A stretch of 57,293 nucleotides of DNA, filler included, from Sphacelaria rigidula (lineage: Eukaryota): the NCBI GenBank assembly GCA_964200075.2. It is 7 parts of 7 records of this genome, joined end to end, with 100 filler letters (N's around TTAATTAATTAA, not from the genome) between each part and the next. Parts side by side here need not be neighbours in the genome. Positions count along the whole stretch, not along the records: positions 1 to 8,099 come from CAXNAA020012303.1; positions 8,200 to 16,298 come from CAXNAA020012304.1; 5 more parts are not named here. The stretch is one strand, 5' to 3'. Below the pieces are notes generated by a model that saw only the letters and a list, made by a program, of their open reading frames with translations, was not told where the DNA came from and made no database searches. A program made the translations under genes and the position numbers. Each line of letters opens with the position of its first letter. Positions within the stretch are counted from its first letter, which is position 1. This document shows, one piece after another, positions 1 through 13,023 of this stretch.

Positions 1-913
1 CGTTGCTTGCCTCCGTGTGATCATTGGCCACGCATCCCTTTCGAGACGGAGCAATGAGGGGGAGGGGGAAAGTGTTTGACTGCACGGAAAAATGAGGGTC
101 GCGAACGTGTTACACGACCCTACACACCACGACTGGATGTCCACATGGGCGGGAACGGTGTCAAGTGGTTTGAAAAGGAACTTGATATTTATAGCAAGAT
201 CATTTCGTATGGATACTCCTGTCTTCAGCAACGTTTCAAAGTGGCTCTTTCGTGCAACGACTGATTCAAAGCACTCCTCCCCTATCGTACGATCACTCAT
301 TTGCGTCCGGGGACAGCATTCTGTCGTCTACATGTTGACGCACGGTACAATGACGCTATCTAAGTCGAGCGGATCCAGCGGACGAGAAATGTGATGTGCA
401 TACTATGTATCCGGACTATCACTTCATTCTGCCGGTTCCCCTACCCTCTTCTTTTTCCGTGTTGCGTGCGTTCATTTTCGGGTTCGTTTCGTGTCGAGTG
501 TTTCTGAACCTGTTGACGATCCCGAGGGATACGTGCATGTCGTGACCGCAACTAGGTTCCTGACAGATTACTTTTTGTACCGCATCCAATCAATCAATAC
601 ACGGAGGAGCACGGAAGTAGAGTCGAGGGTGAACGTTTTCCCCCATTTTTATTGCTGTGTACAGTATAAGGATGGAGAGAACGAACACAGCAGTAACAGC
701 GTGGGAATAAGTCCGATATGTATTACGTAAAGCAGTACCGTGTTGTATTGTGTCTTGAAAAACACAGTTCATGTTACCTCAGCCACTCTACGGTAAGGGA
801 GGGGGGGAGTGCACTCATGATCTTGCACGCCGCAGTCAAAAGGTCATTGATCTGGTATCCCTATGACGCCGGGACGAAGCATGCCGGGATTTCGCTTGAC
901 CAGGCTCGTTAGC

Positions 914-1235
914 GGTAGGGAGGAGGGGGGATATACTCATGATCATGCATGCCATAGTCATGAGGCCGTTGACCTTGCATCCTTACAAAGCCGGCACGGA
1001 GCACGCCAGATTTTCGCCGGACCAGGCTTGCAATCAATCACCAAGCATGAAGCGCCGTGATGTGTTCGGCGAGTCGCAAGAAAGGTGAGCTGAATCCTGC
1101 TGAGATTGTTCGGTCCGAAGCCTTCTGATTATCTTGAACTTCGAATGACGTCCTCGAATGAGTTGCTTCATTTTCTGGTATCGCCTCTTCCAGAGACGGC
1201 CACGGGTTACAGACTGCCTCATGAGTGTCTCACCA
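914..1235 (+). repeat. Unclassified high-copy dispersed element (family A), about 320 bp
   Basis: GGGAGGGGGG..TACTCATGATCATGCATGCC...CTGCCTCATG(G/A)GTGTCT. Copies or fragments at 1-55, 794-908, 10178-10231, 24430-24497, 32624-32696 (-), 40505-40788 and 40790-40866. Confidence 0.9.
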
Positions 1236-1607
1236 TTCAAACAGTATGTGGCATGATCATCTCCTTTTCGCGGAATAGAGGTTCTCTCACCCCGCACAGT
1301 ATGATCTAGCTCGACCCATCATCATGGTGTTGGCCAAAAGAATACGGAGGTAAAACGGCATGCTGTCAAACTATACATATATGCATGTGCATTTTGTGTG
1401 GACAAAGCGTGGCCGTCAAGCTTCCGTCTCGTATCCAGACGTCGCCAGATATCGACGCCGAGACCATTTGTGTAGCGACTTTTAGTGTCAGCTACAAGGT
1501 GCAAGTGTGTCTGGTAAGTGTGTTTGGGCAACGAGTTGGTCGACCCCTCCCCTTTCCCCCCTCCCCAACGGAATGGCCCATTTGAGCTTATGCAATGGTT
1601 CTCTTAC

Positions 1608-1664
1608 CTCCTTGCCGAACTGAGTACCGAAGAATAGACTGCCGAGGCAGGTAGACTCGCATAT
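1608..1664 (-). CDS. WSC-domain protein, 57-nt internal exon (middle of the WSC domain)
   Basis: gatacag|ATA...GAG|gtaaga boundaries. Translates ICESTCLGSLFFGTQFGKE, continuing the 5152-5433 exon in frame (C-x3-C...FGTQ.G.E motif). Not in the ORF track. Confidence 0.88.
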
Positions 1665-4295
1665 CTGTATCGTACAAAGGGAAATTCAGATAGGGTACGT
1701 GCATCGGAGGGCGGGCAGGCACGGCGACCGAGGTGGGGCGGGGGCGTCGCGTTTAGCCGTGTATTTTGCTGCGTCGCACGCCGCAGCTATCAAGATGAGC
1801 ATGTCACACCAACCTGGAATGTGTGTGCATATATGTCTATACGCACACGGCGTCTGAGTAAATTCTGTACATGGCTAAATCCCGGTAATAGTGTAAATCA
1901 GATTCTACGCCAGTTTTGTGTTTCGTCAACACAGATAATTATTTCATTTTTGTGAATAATAACTCGTCTGGAGATTTCGCCCTTTAAATTTTTGTTGACA
2001 TGCGACCCGTCGGTATTTCACGGAAGGTCACACACTGTAGCTGTCGAGGTGAGGTTATCACTCCCAGCTGGAATGTGTACATAGACAGTGTCCAAGTTTT
2101 TGTCGCCCGTAAAAATCACAGCCTACTTCATAAAACGTTTGTCGCAATTTCGTCATCACGAGTCTAACAGAGGACGTAACAATGTCAAAAATCGATTCCG
2201 CCAAACCCTTGCCACAGGTTGGGGCTTGGTGGTGTACTTCAGTATTTTGTCATATTCCACAACGATACGGGACATGTGGATCATCTTTCACGTTCAATGT
2301 CTGCGCGATAACAAATCAAGAGAAGTCTCCGATAAAGTGAGCGGATGCGACAAAAGTGCATACGTGCTGTGATCAGGACGATGTCCCGCGGGGAGCTGAT
2401 GGCCACGAAGAACGTTCGACAGGATACATGGATTTGAGGCAAAAACATGGAGCCGTTTCTGTTCACATAGTGTTCGCTATTCCGGTCAATGAAAACATTA
2501 TTGCAGAACAGTGCTACTTCATGCAACGGTTTTTTTTGTTCCAAGCAGCGGTGTCCTCAATGTCGCCGAGACCGATGTGATGAAATAAGCAGTTTCAGAA
2601 ATGTTTTTTTGCCGTCAACGGAACTTCTTCGAGTATCATTATATATATAACAACAGGGAGGGAAAACATAGAATATATTTGAGTTGATAGCACAACACAT
2701 AATTCACCAATGTACACTGTAGAATAATGTAGAGCCACATTGAATGTTCACCTGCAGTAGCATGAGTATGACAAATACGACACAAGAGCATTTCACAATA
2801 ACACTACCCACGATCAATGTAAGGTAGAAAATACATATGTTACGACGCGTAACCATCCATCAGAAATATTCCTCGTATGCGATACTATAAACTCGCACCC
2901 CGGATTGATATTTTGCGCACCGTACAAGATATATGACGCGAGGAACAGGCGATTACGAGCTTCGCTGTAAAAACCGGTCAGTACTTGTCCCAAGGAAGAG
3001 TACAGGAGGAATGTCCGAGCGTATAAGAAACGAATGAAGACAAAAATATGAAAACGTACGAGGGTCCCACCATGGTGTGGCCATGCGGTGTGAGACCCCC
3101 TCTGTAGAGTAGGTTACGAGGTGTAACTTGCATGATTTGCCTACTACCAATCATGTCACCGTGGTTTCCGACGGTCACTGAATTGCAATAATTTTGAGTG
3201 TCTAGATACGCGGAGACCTGAACAGTTTCTAAAAACCTCTTCTTCATATGTAAACAGGCAAAACTGACCGCTCTAGGACAACAAGCACGGGGTACATGGG
3301 GTTTCCCGAATCGGTATGGTCAGATACTGTGTGTAAGTGTTCACACTCACAAACGAATCTTTCGAGACTGTCTGAGGCCGCGTCCCATCAAATTATTTTC
3401 GACTCGAAAACGCACGGCGGAATCGAGTTTGCTCGAACGCGATACGTACACGGCATTCATGTTCTCAACCATCTGGGAAAATAAGTAGCGTGAACGAATC
3501 AGTAACGAGGGAATTTTATTCGACCGCACGCTTTCGACACGAAAACAATTCGATAAGACACGGCCTGGTGACCTTTTCTCGAAACTTGCTCGTGCTGCTG
3601 CATGCTCACTCGCTACCTTTTCTTCATCCTTCGTACCAGAACTGCCTTCCTTAAACAATATTTTCGTGAGATTGAGAGTAGAACGCGAATTGAGAGCGGC
3701 TTTGATCACTCGCTTTGACTTCGCTAATTCATCATTCCATGTGTGCTCTTCTTTGCCTCTATCACTGCCGTGTGCTTACAGCTACACGTCGATATTCTAC
3801 TCAGTGATATCAAGCGCCTCAGTGGCACGCTACTACAGAAAGCATATTGGGCCTGGTGGAGGTGCATTTCGGAACTGAAACGATTCATTCACTACTAATT
3901 GAACGCTTTTCACTCTCAATCGTATCCTCTACTCTCAATCTCACCAAAACATTGTTCTCAGCGTTTGTATAACCAGTTTATGCGGTCGTATACCACCGCG
4001 CCCCGAGAAAAATATATCCGTACCGCCAGGGCGAGAGCTACGGGTTCGAATGTCAACAGACGGGGTATTTTTTATCAGAATATGGTCTGCGTCGTTGAAA
4101 AGGTGAGGGCGCGAGTAGCAAGAGGAAAAGCACGAGGATCGACGCGCTGCGGGAGAACTGATTCAATCCGCGAAACCAATAGTCTATGTCAGACGGGTAT
4201 CGCGTCAGAAGGGGAGGGGTTGCTTCTTCGAGGTGACGAACTCGTGCCGTAGAAGTACGAGGGGGGAATGAAGCCTGTCAAAGATGCTCATCACA

Positions 4296-4645
4296 AACGA
4301 ATGAAACCAATGTAACAATCAATGGAACAATCAATGGAACAATCAATGAAATAAAACGAAGGAGATAAAACCAATGAAATCGATGAAAGCGATAAAATCG
4401 ATGAAATCAGTGGACTTCATGAAATCATTGAAACCAAGAAGAAAAAATCGTAAAAAATAGAATCAATAAAACCACTGAGATGATGAAAAATCAATGAAAC
4501 AATGAAAATCATTAATGGAATGATAAAAATCAATGAAATCATGAAAAATTGAAATAATTGGAAACAATGGAGTCAATGAAATCAATGGGATCAGTGGAAT
4601 CAATGAAACCAATGTAATCAATGAAACTAATGGAATCAATCAGTA
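4296..4645. repeat. AT-rich degenerate tandem repeat, about 9-12-bp units (CAATG(A/G)AAT)
   Basis: Dozens of AATGAAA/AATGGAA units. Confidence 0.85.
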
Positions 4646-5151
4646 CAAAATCTATCAATAGAGTGCCTCCAAAAACATACCTTCATTCATAGGCCCTTCG
4701 TTTCTCGAACATATAGCTGTTATTGGGCTCATCACCTGGTCACCAAGGGACTGATGTCAACTGACACTGACAAGCGTATGTACGCTTTTAACTATTTTGG
4801 AACCCATTGACGATTTTTGTTCTCGTGGATCGGCGCTATTTTGGCTTGAAAATGACTTGAAAATGATGCCGATTCACAAAAACAAGCATCATCAATGGGT
4901 TCCAAAAGGGTTAAAATTCTGAGACCTCGCGTGATGAAGCACGCACTGATGGCTCTCCACGAGGAAACACAGTACAGTCGACAAGTTAATGTAGAACACA
5001 AGTTCTCGCAAACGCTGGAGCATGAAAATCAATCAGTCAGTAGTATGCAGCGGCGTTGCCCCTCCCGCGGCTGTGTCCGCAAAGAACGGACATACTCGTC
5101 TATCGCCATTAAACTCTCCCGTGCTTGGTTTTATTGTTGTAGTAGGAATAC

Positions 5152-5433
5152 CTGAGTGGTCATGCCGACATCGCTCGCACCCATTGTTCTAAAGAGTCGA
5201 TCCGAGCTCACGTCGGTCCAGCAGCCCCTGGAAGTAGCATCGCTGTTGGTGTTGTCAGTGATGGTAGCAGCATCTCCGTCGTCTGTCGAAGATTCGACGC
5301 CGATGGAGTCGTTGGTGTAGACACTGAGGGCGTTGCGGCCACCACAGGTCTCGCTCAAGTCGCCGGCGCAAGCCATGTTGCACGTGGCCTCGCCCAGTGC
5401 GTCAGGGTCGTCGCCTACCACACCACAGAAGCA
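5152..5433 (-). CDS. WSC-domain protein, internal exon (end of one WSC domain, linker, start of the next)
   Basis: catgcag|TGC...CAG|gtattc boundaries; 282 nt, phase 0-0. Translates CFCGVVGDDPDALGEATCNMACAGDLSETCGGRNALSVY...SRGCWTDVSSDRLFRTMGASDVGMTTQ, matching the WSC cysteine pattern. Confidence 0.9.
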
Positions 5434-8099
5434 CTGCATGTGTGTTGAACGCCGATCCAACACATACGCGAACATGTACCGTGAGACGTTAACGCGTGGC
5501 TAGTACAGTATTCCAAGGTCACTTCGACTCGTATCGAACCTACTCGTTGTTCGGCTTTTTTCTCGGAATATGTTACCGGCATAGTCTGCCTTCCTGCCGG
5601 CGGCTATTTTGTGGTGCAAGAGTTTCGTTTGGGTAATGCCAGTGTTTATGGGAATGAAATCGTATACGAGTACTGTGTGAGTGGCAAGGTCTGTCGTGAT
5701 CACTGATGGTACAGTAGTGACATGCATGCGTATGAGAGGACTCCACACTGTGATGCAGTGTAATGTATCATCGTACCTTACAATACATGGTGCAGGAAAT
5801 ACGTTGTGTGGCAGAAAAGGGTATAACACTACTTTGATTCCACGAACATTGCTGTGCAATTCATTTCAGTGGACAGCTCAGTATACAGGGCATATGTAAC
5901 ATTATGATTAATCATTTACTGCAAATGAAGCTGGGAACTTTCTAGAGCGGCTGGCAGGCCGGCATTTCATTCTCTCGAGTTCTGAGAGGCGAGCATCTTG
6001 CCTCCTCTTGAGTTTAAAGTCTTTTTTTTTATGCAACCTCTGTCAGTGCTCAAGAGACACTCCGCTTTACCTTAGGCCACTTTTCATGTGTAAAAAACGA
6101 ATCTTGTTAAAAAATGCCTTGTCGACCCTTATCCGTCGTTTTGCGCCTGAATAGAGTACTAGGCGAATGCTGACACCTTGGAATGATTTGCTCTACTCGT
6201 TGCGACCCGGCTGACGCGCCTACCTATACCGAAAGGTGTAGACTGGAGTCCAGCATAGATGGGACGACAACGCACAACACACAACACCAGACCCACGAAC
6301 CGTGATACTCTTGAAGGCCCATTTATTTGGCCCGCGATGGAAGTGATACTACGATGGGACTGGGAGGGGAGGGTGGGGTGCTTGATTCAACGAAAAAAGG
6401 GCTCATAGGTGTGTCAGATGACCTAGCACACTCGGGTTGCGCTTATATTTGGGTAGAAACGGTTCCAAACAGTATGAATGTACGTTATTTATCGTTAACA
6501 AGCGGGTTTGAACAACCGTTGCTGCTTTCCACGACGATTGTAAGTTGAGTTTTGTGGAATATGGCCAACCGCCCCCTCCTCCCATATGCTGCTTCGCCTC
6601 GAAATGGATGCGTGGTCGATAGCCAAACGACCAAGGCAGGTAATAAATGGGTACCCCCTTCCCCCCTGCGCCCCTCCCCTATCGTAGCATGACGCATGGC
6701 GAAACAGCTCATTTCTTCCTCTCGAGCCCGTTTTCTTTGATCATCAAAGCTAGCCACAGCATCGCGCACAACAGGGGAGCGAGGCAGCAATGTTAACAAA
6801 ACGTCGCGTTGTTATCGTCCTTCCATCGACAACTCAACGTTTGCCCACTCGGCCATCTAGGCAATATACTCTTCCGGTACCACCGTAGTAGCAAATGGAT
6901 GGCACGCGGGTAACGGCGGTCAAGGTCTAGAGACACCTTCAAAGAGCTAGCGATTTGGCTCAGAATGTGTGGTGCCCTTATTTTGTACTTGCCGCCCGCT
7001 TGAAAAGTCTCTTTTTCAGTTCGATCAAAGATTTAATGAGAGCTCACCCATGGTACTCCTCGATATTAAAAGTGTAATATATGAATGGCCAGAATGATAT
7101 GTAAGCTGACATGGACTACGTGTCGATTCAGGCCGTTGTTCGGTGTGCTGTCTGTTGCGCTGACTGCTGCAGGGTACGGCGTTTACAGAAAGCAGCGCAC
7201 GCTATCCGACTCACAAGCACGAGGCCGAAGGCTGCCTGACAACTGCCGTGATTCATTGTAGCGTTTAAAAGTCGGGCAGGGGAGCAATATGTTGATCGCA
7301 TCGACTGCTAAATGCGTACGGTCTGTTGTGCAGCGCAATCCTGATGACAAGAAAAGCTCAGGAACTAACCAACCTTGATTCTCGCAAACAATATCTATGC
7401 ACCATCGATGAACGACAGCTAGTGTTCAGGTTTGGTTTCGACTCGGCAAACTGCACGCCAATACTAAACCCGATAGAACTCTTGGTAGGTGCTGAGCGAA
7501 GCTGTCTCCTTTTCGAATATTGTATGATGAACACCGATCAGCACTTGCTGGGAGGTTTGAAGAGCTACATGATGCTCTCATGTCTTTGCGTGAACGTTTG
7601 TTGGAGAACGGCCGGGGCGCTCTATGTTCCTGCAGAGCAATTTGAAGCCGAGGGCACGGCGGCCTCGGAAAGTAGCATAAAAACGATCATCTCGGAGTTT
7701 ACTCAAGAGCACCAGGACAAGTCGCTCCGGTCGTCCTCAGTGCTTGAGGCGTAGGGAAGGATTGGGACAAGTTGAGGCGCACTATTGTACGTGCAATCTG
7801 GGGCGACGTAGCCGAAATTCGCCGTACTGAAAGGGCATGTGAGGGGTTTCGAAGCATGCCGAGATAGGTGTTTTCTCCCTACACGTAGACCGGGAAACAT
7901 AGTGGGGTGGGAAAAAATAAAAATAAACAAGAATGACTCATGTTGTCCTTCTGTTGCCCAACTAGTTCCTCTCCCAGTAAAGTGAGGACATGAGCCAACA
8001 GTAGAAGGAAGGGGGGGGGGGGGGGGGGGGGCACCCCTTTTTTTGTTTGCTTGTTCCTTTTTCTCGTTCCCCCCCCCTCCCTTCTGGTCCGGCGCAGAG

Positions 8100-8199
8100 N
8101 NNNNNNNNNNNNNNNNNNNNNNNNNNNNNNNNNNNNNNNNNNNTTAATTAATTAANNNNNNNNNNNNNNNNNNNNNNNNNNNNNNNNNNNNNNNNNNNN
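8100..8199. other. Artificial 100-nt spacer N44-TTAATTAATTAA-N44 (identical spacers at 16299-16398, 24498-24597, 32697-32796, 40896-40995, 49095-49194)
   Basis: Six identical spacers separate seven segments of exactly 8099 bp (7x8099+6x100=57293). The 12-mer carries stop codons in all frames. Confidence 0.98.
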
Positions 8200-10599
8200 G
8201 GCGAAGAACTTACTGGCAGTAAGCCCCAGTAAGGGCGGGGGCAATCAAAAAAAATCATTTGAAAAAAAAAAAACTCGGAGAGAGGCAAAAAACGGCCAAT
8301 TGGGGGCCGACTACTTTTTTCGCAGCTGTTCGGCGGCATGGTTCAAGCACGAGCTGAAAATTTTCAACACATTTTCTTTACCCAAAAAACACCGTAGAGT
8401 TCACTGAAAAAAAATAAACGATCAGACATCGTTGAGGGCCCATACAAATTTAGGGACCTTTACTCATGGGACGGAGGAAGTATACAGATGGGAATGTCAG
8501 GATCTCGCACAATCGTTACGATGACTATATCATCCGCGTCCCCCACGAGACTGTCGTTCGAACCGTGGTTCATTTCACTGCTCTTGTACCTCTATGACGG
8601 CGTGCTCGTCGGAGAAGACTCACAAGCTCCCTGGGTTTTACCCGGATAGGTCGCCTTTGCACGCATGTTGATTCATGTATACCGACATCGAAATATATAC
8701 GGGAGTTGATCGTGTGATCACCCCGGATTATGATTTGTTCGATCGTCAATTTTATTTGAAAATCGGTCTAGCACTACCGTACAATATCCAATCTTCGCTG
8801 CCGTGCTTGATGAGAAAATTGAGTGTAGGAGACTTTTCTCGCTCTCGCGGGTGATGATATACAGCGTCACTTACCACGTATATCGCGCTATCAATACAAT
8901 AATCGTTTATCTATCAGCCGAAAATTTCCGTTACATGCCCTGGTATATCGACACTTATCGCTACTTAAGTACATTCAGTGGCTCTACCCTGTCACCGGAG
9001 GCCACGCGGCAGTGACCTGTTCTTCCGTCTCTCGTCCTCGCTTTTACGTACTGCATTTTCTCCGTCTTTTTCCATCCTTCCATATTCTCGAGTTGCCGTG
9101 CGAGTGTATCTCGTTTAGTTGCCTCGGGTAGATCCATCTTGCAACCGCGGCTCTCGTCGTGTCGCATCACGCTTACTATGCCAACGACCACTCAATCAAC
9201 GGCCAGGCGAGCGAGGTTTCCCGCAGGGTAACAACGGCGTGGATTTGGCTCAATTTCATTGGTTCATTTGATGTACATGGTCTGCACAAAGAATCGGAGG
9301 AATGAACAAGATGGTCCCTAGCACAGGTGCAAAGATTGTGGTAATCCATCGGTAGTGCAGCACAACTCGCCGTATCTACGGGTGACCCAAAACGGCAAGG
9401 TACAGTTGTTCATGTACATTGCTTCCTTTGATCTTGCCTCTTTTCTGTCCAACGCTGGTCGATTCTGACCACATGGTATCTTGTTTCGGCCTTTTGATGC
9501 CCGTTTATCGACAAAATACGGTAAGTACATGGTGTACGTTTGTGCCTTGCTTTTCGATTTCTCTGGGGGAAAAACTCCCGAACCGTTGTGTACCTTTTTA
9601 CGATCACTCCACTTATCGATACATGAGGTCGATGTGAGTAGCCCGACTGATATGTAGTCGCATTTTCATCGAAGTCGGCTCTTCGAGGGCGAATGGGCTC
9701 GTAACCCGTGTACACATATGATTGGTCAGGGCTTCAACGCCCCCTGGTCGGTGGTAGCCATGAGAGCGTCGTACGTAATAGCTTCCTTGAAACTCCGTAT
9801 CTAGGCGCTAGCCACAGTGTGTCATGAGGCACAGCGGTGTATATTTATCTGTTCTTTGGTATATGTTCTTGTCTGCGTGTGTTTCATGTTGGTTTCAGTA
9901 CAAAATCGAAGTAAATGGGGCGGAACCCCCCCCCCCCCCCGCGCGCGCACGCTTAGCAACCATTACCTCTTGCTTTTATGTGCACAGGGATACAGACTAA
10001 CGTTGTGGGGTTTTTATTTTCAGGGAACAGGGCCGGACCCTCCGCTGACAATCCCCAGAATTTGGGGGAGTGGTTTTGGCAGGCTTAAAGGGGCGCTGGA
10101 AAGGATGTAGGCGCTTCGCCTGGGGTGTCTAAAATATTTCACGGCCGATTGGCGTGCAACTGATTTTGTCATGAGCAAGGGAGGGGGGTGTACTTATGAC
10201 CATGCATGCCGTAGTTATGAGACCATTGATCTTGGATGAATGAATGGGAGAGGAGGGCGCACATTTTTTTTTCTTGATGGCGCCGTTCCACTGTGTGTAC
10301 TAACATCTTCGTGAAAATATATCCACATCTCCCGCTGGCGCAATTACCGTAGCTGTTTCGCGGGACTGAGACCGCTGGCCGTGGCCTATGCACATGAAGT
10401 TTGATGCACGGCATATGTCTGTTATGTAATGGTATTTTTCTACGAAGGTATTGTCTCTGCATCGGGAACAAGTATTCCGACCGCCCCCCCCCTTCGTACC
10501 CCAAAGCTCGCCAGTTTCGCGGCCAACAGGGGGTCCGGGCGTTCAATTGGTCAACCCCTTTCACCTCTTGTTTTCGTTCCATGATCTGAAACAAAACAG

Positions 10600-10785
10600 C
10601 TTCCCCCGCTCGGAGCGTCCGCGGGGGAGGGAGATGGCGACAAGAAGAAAGCAGCCGGCCTGGGCATCATCTGGGCAGCCTACATGGGCCTGCTTGACAA
10701 GCAACCCCTCCTCACGAAGTCGCTCACGTCCATGGTCGGCTTTGCTCTCGGCGACCTCCTGGCGCAGAAGGGTGTGGAGAAGAAG
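10600..10785 (+). CDS. Mpv17/PMP22-family membrane protein, first visible exon (5' exons not identified)
   Basis: aaaacag|CTT...AAG|gtaggg; 186 nt. Translates LPPLGASAGEGDGDKKKAAGLGIIWAAYMGLLDKQPLLTKSLTSMVGFALGDLLAQKGVEKK, with the Y..LL...PL.TK.LTS...GD.LAQ family motif. Confidence 0.9.
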
Positions 10786-11076
10786 GTAGGGTAGAACACG
10801 GTCTACACCAGGCATGCGTTGTGTACCACCTCAACTCCCGAATAAGAGTCCCGTGTGATCAGTTTTTGGCCAGCCGTACCACCAAAACAATCGGTACGTC
10901 GAATACTACTCATCCTCGCTCCCCTTCCGTAAATACCATCCCGTTGTCGCGAATTGCTGAGCTCCAAAACACTTGCCACGTGAAGATCGTGCATCCCGTG
11001 TTCCAACGGTATGCATGTAAGCGCTCGACGCTGTCTTTGGTTCTAAAATCAAGAGCGGGGTTTTATGAGTGCGATT

Positions 11077-11386
11077 GCGACCCGGTGGTGTAATGGTCCG
11101 ACTGTCGCCATTAGGATAGAGAGAACAAGGGTTCGATTCCCCATGCGTTGGGTTTTTTCTTCGTAATGTATGATTTTCACCGTGGAAAGCGTAAGAACGT
11201 GAGTAAACAAAGTGATCGGCTGGATTTGTGTGACGAGGGAGTTGACGCGGTGCGGGAGTGCTGACCCAATCCGCGAGACCAAAATGGAAGGTGCGTACCG
11301 GGGAAGAGATGGGTTGATCCCTTGAGACCACGGCGTCATCCCGAGGAAGGGGAGGGGTCCGAAGTGCGAGGAAGGAAGAAATAAAA
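11077..11386 (+). mobile_element. tRNA-derived SINE, family 1 (in an Mpv17 intron)
   Basis: A box TGGTGTAATGG (11086), B box GGTTCGATTCC (11130), A-rich tail; homologous copy at 22901-23204. Confidence 0.8.
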
Positions 11387-11399
11387 TCTGCGCCAGCAC

Positions 11400-12750
11400 G
11401 TGCGGGTCAAAGCGCCTCCATCATACACGTCCGACCCCAGCTTGGTATTTTGAAGTAGCTGTGCATGATATTCTGACCGATTGTGGTGAAGGCGGGTTGA
11501 CCACACGGCTCACTAGGGTGGGTCTCGGCGTTACACAGGTCATGATACAGATGGTGGCGGTACATGTACACCGAAGGTCTCTTACGCTGATTACTCCGTT
11601 CATCCAGATAATCCTACCGCGCCAAAGCCCCTTATATCATATGTCAGTAGAGAGCGATTTTCGACTGCAAAGGTTGATCGTGGATGTGCGCGCGTGACGA
11701 TTCATGTTTTGTGGTCATACCAAGAAGCATAACCTCGTTCGGTCGTCGTTTACGTTGGCAGTCACCACTCACTTACTCCTGCTGCTCCTTTTCAAGGCTC
11801 TTGATTTCGCTGTTTGTCAACGCAGTGACGGGGCGCAGGGATAAAAGTATATCACGGCTTCTCATTGGTCCACGACCCACCGGGGAATGTGCTCGCGAGA
11901 TACCCAGGCTAAATTACTCTCAACCACTTGCGAAAATGTCCCTCTGCCGTCTCTCGGCATGGCGCTTTCACCACATTGAACCATCGAATTGTCGGGCGTA
12001 CTGCAGCGGCCATGCAGTCAGGGTTAGATATCTCAACCTTCATATATATTGTTAACGGCTGGCGCAGCTCGGCAGCGTGACCGGTGGTACATTTCTGTGC
12101 ACAATTGTGACAGCGTCCCTTCCCACCCACCATTGATATTGAGAATGCTGCCAGACATCGCAGATGTGTTTGGCCTTTCGCTCGCTGCAAGGGTCATACA
12201 AGAGGACCGCTTCCGGCGATACATGCGCCTCTTGTCTGAAGCAGTACCTACTACTTTCATCTCTTTCACGTTTTTAGAGGGTGAACAAAAGTTGCGTCTG
12301 TGAGGACGAGGTGGGGTGTTGCAAAAGTGTAGTTTTTTTTCTCGTGTATCGGACGAGGATGTCGCTCCTTCACTTGTGCAAGACAGATCAGACTGCACAC
12401 AGGCGAGCTGCATTACTCGGCGCTTCACGCTAGCTGCAGGTAGCTACTCCTACGGCACTGCTTCGAAGTTCCCCCAAAGCTGCACACATCTCCCCGATGA
12501 GAGGGAAGAAATAAGTACGATGCAGAGCCTTCCGGTTTTTTCACCAGGTGTTCACCATGACTGTACGTGAAGACATGAGCAGAGTACATACACGTGCTGA
12601 TTATCTCGCCCGCCCGTCCTCTCCTTTTTCTGCTGGATTGATGAGGGGTTTTTGTCAAGTCATCGGTCAAAAGTAGACGTTTGGTTGACCCGGTGAGCAC
12701 ACCTCCGGGTTTGCTGCACTTTTTCCTGTAAAATGTCTTTTGGAAACTTA
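11400..12750 (-). pseudogene. Very decayed Gypsy-like RT/RNase H relic inside an Mpv17 intron
   Basis: Ordered remnants LVKKPEGS, DTREKKLHFCNTP (cf. D.EKTAF.TP) and RGFGAV; heavily frameshifted. Confidence 0.4.
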
Positions 12751-12873
12751 TTTTCACGCCAGTTGCTTCTGCCCCAATGTATCATGTGCTTTCATCAACC
12801 AAGCGAAACATGAACGGTTTCCCCATGTCGAAGGTCCATGATACCCCCCTGCCCCCCACGGAAACCGCAACAG

Positions 12874-13023
12874 GAGGAGATTGACATGACCCGGCTGATG
12901 AAGCTGGCTTCTTTCGGTGCCCTTGTGCACGGCTCTACCGGGCACTTCTTCTATAACTTCCTCGACTCCAAGATCCCCGGCACTGCCGCGTTGACGGTCG
13001 CCAAGAAGGTCTTCATCGACCAG
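12874..13023 (+). CDS. Mpv17/PMP22-family protein, exon
   Basis: caacag|GAG...CAG|gtattg; 150 nt. Translates EEIDMTRLMKLASFGALVHGSTGHFFYNFLDSKIPGTAALTVAKKVFIDQ. Confidence 0.92.

Noticed and set aside
3347-3709. 120-aa ORF inside the WSC intron
   Set aside because: No recognisable motif; possibly a decayed transposon but not assignable.
7326-7754. 142-aa ORF or possible + strand exon
   Set aside because: No recognisable domain and no partner exons could be linked.
11077-11150. tRNA gene
   Set aside because: A and B boxes are present, but there is no convincing cloverleaf and the head runs into a multi-copy SINE body. The same applies to 22901 and 42245.
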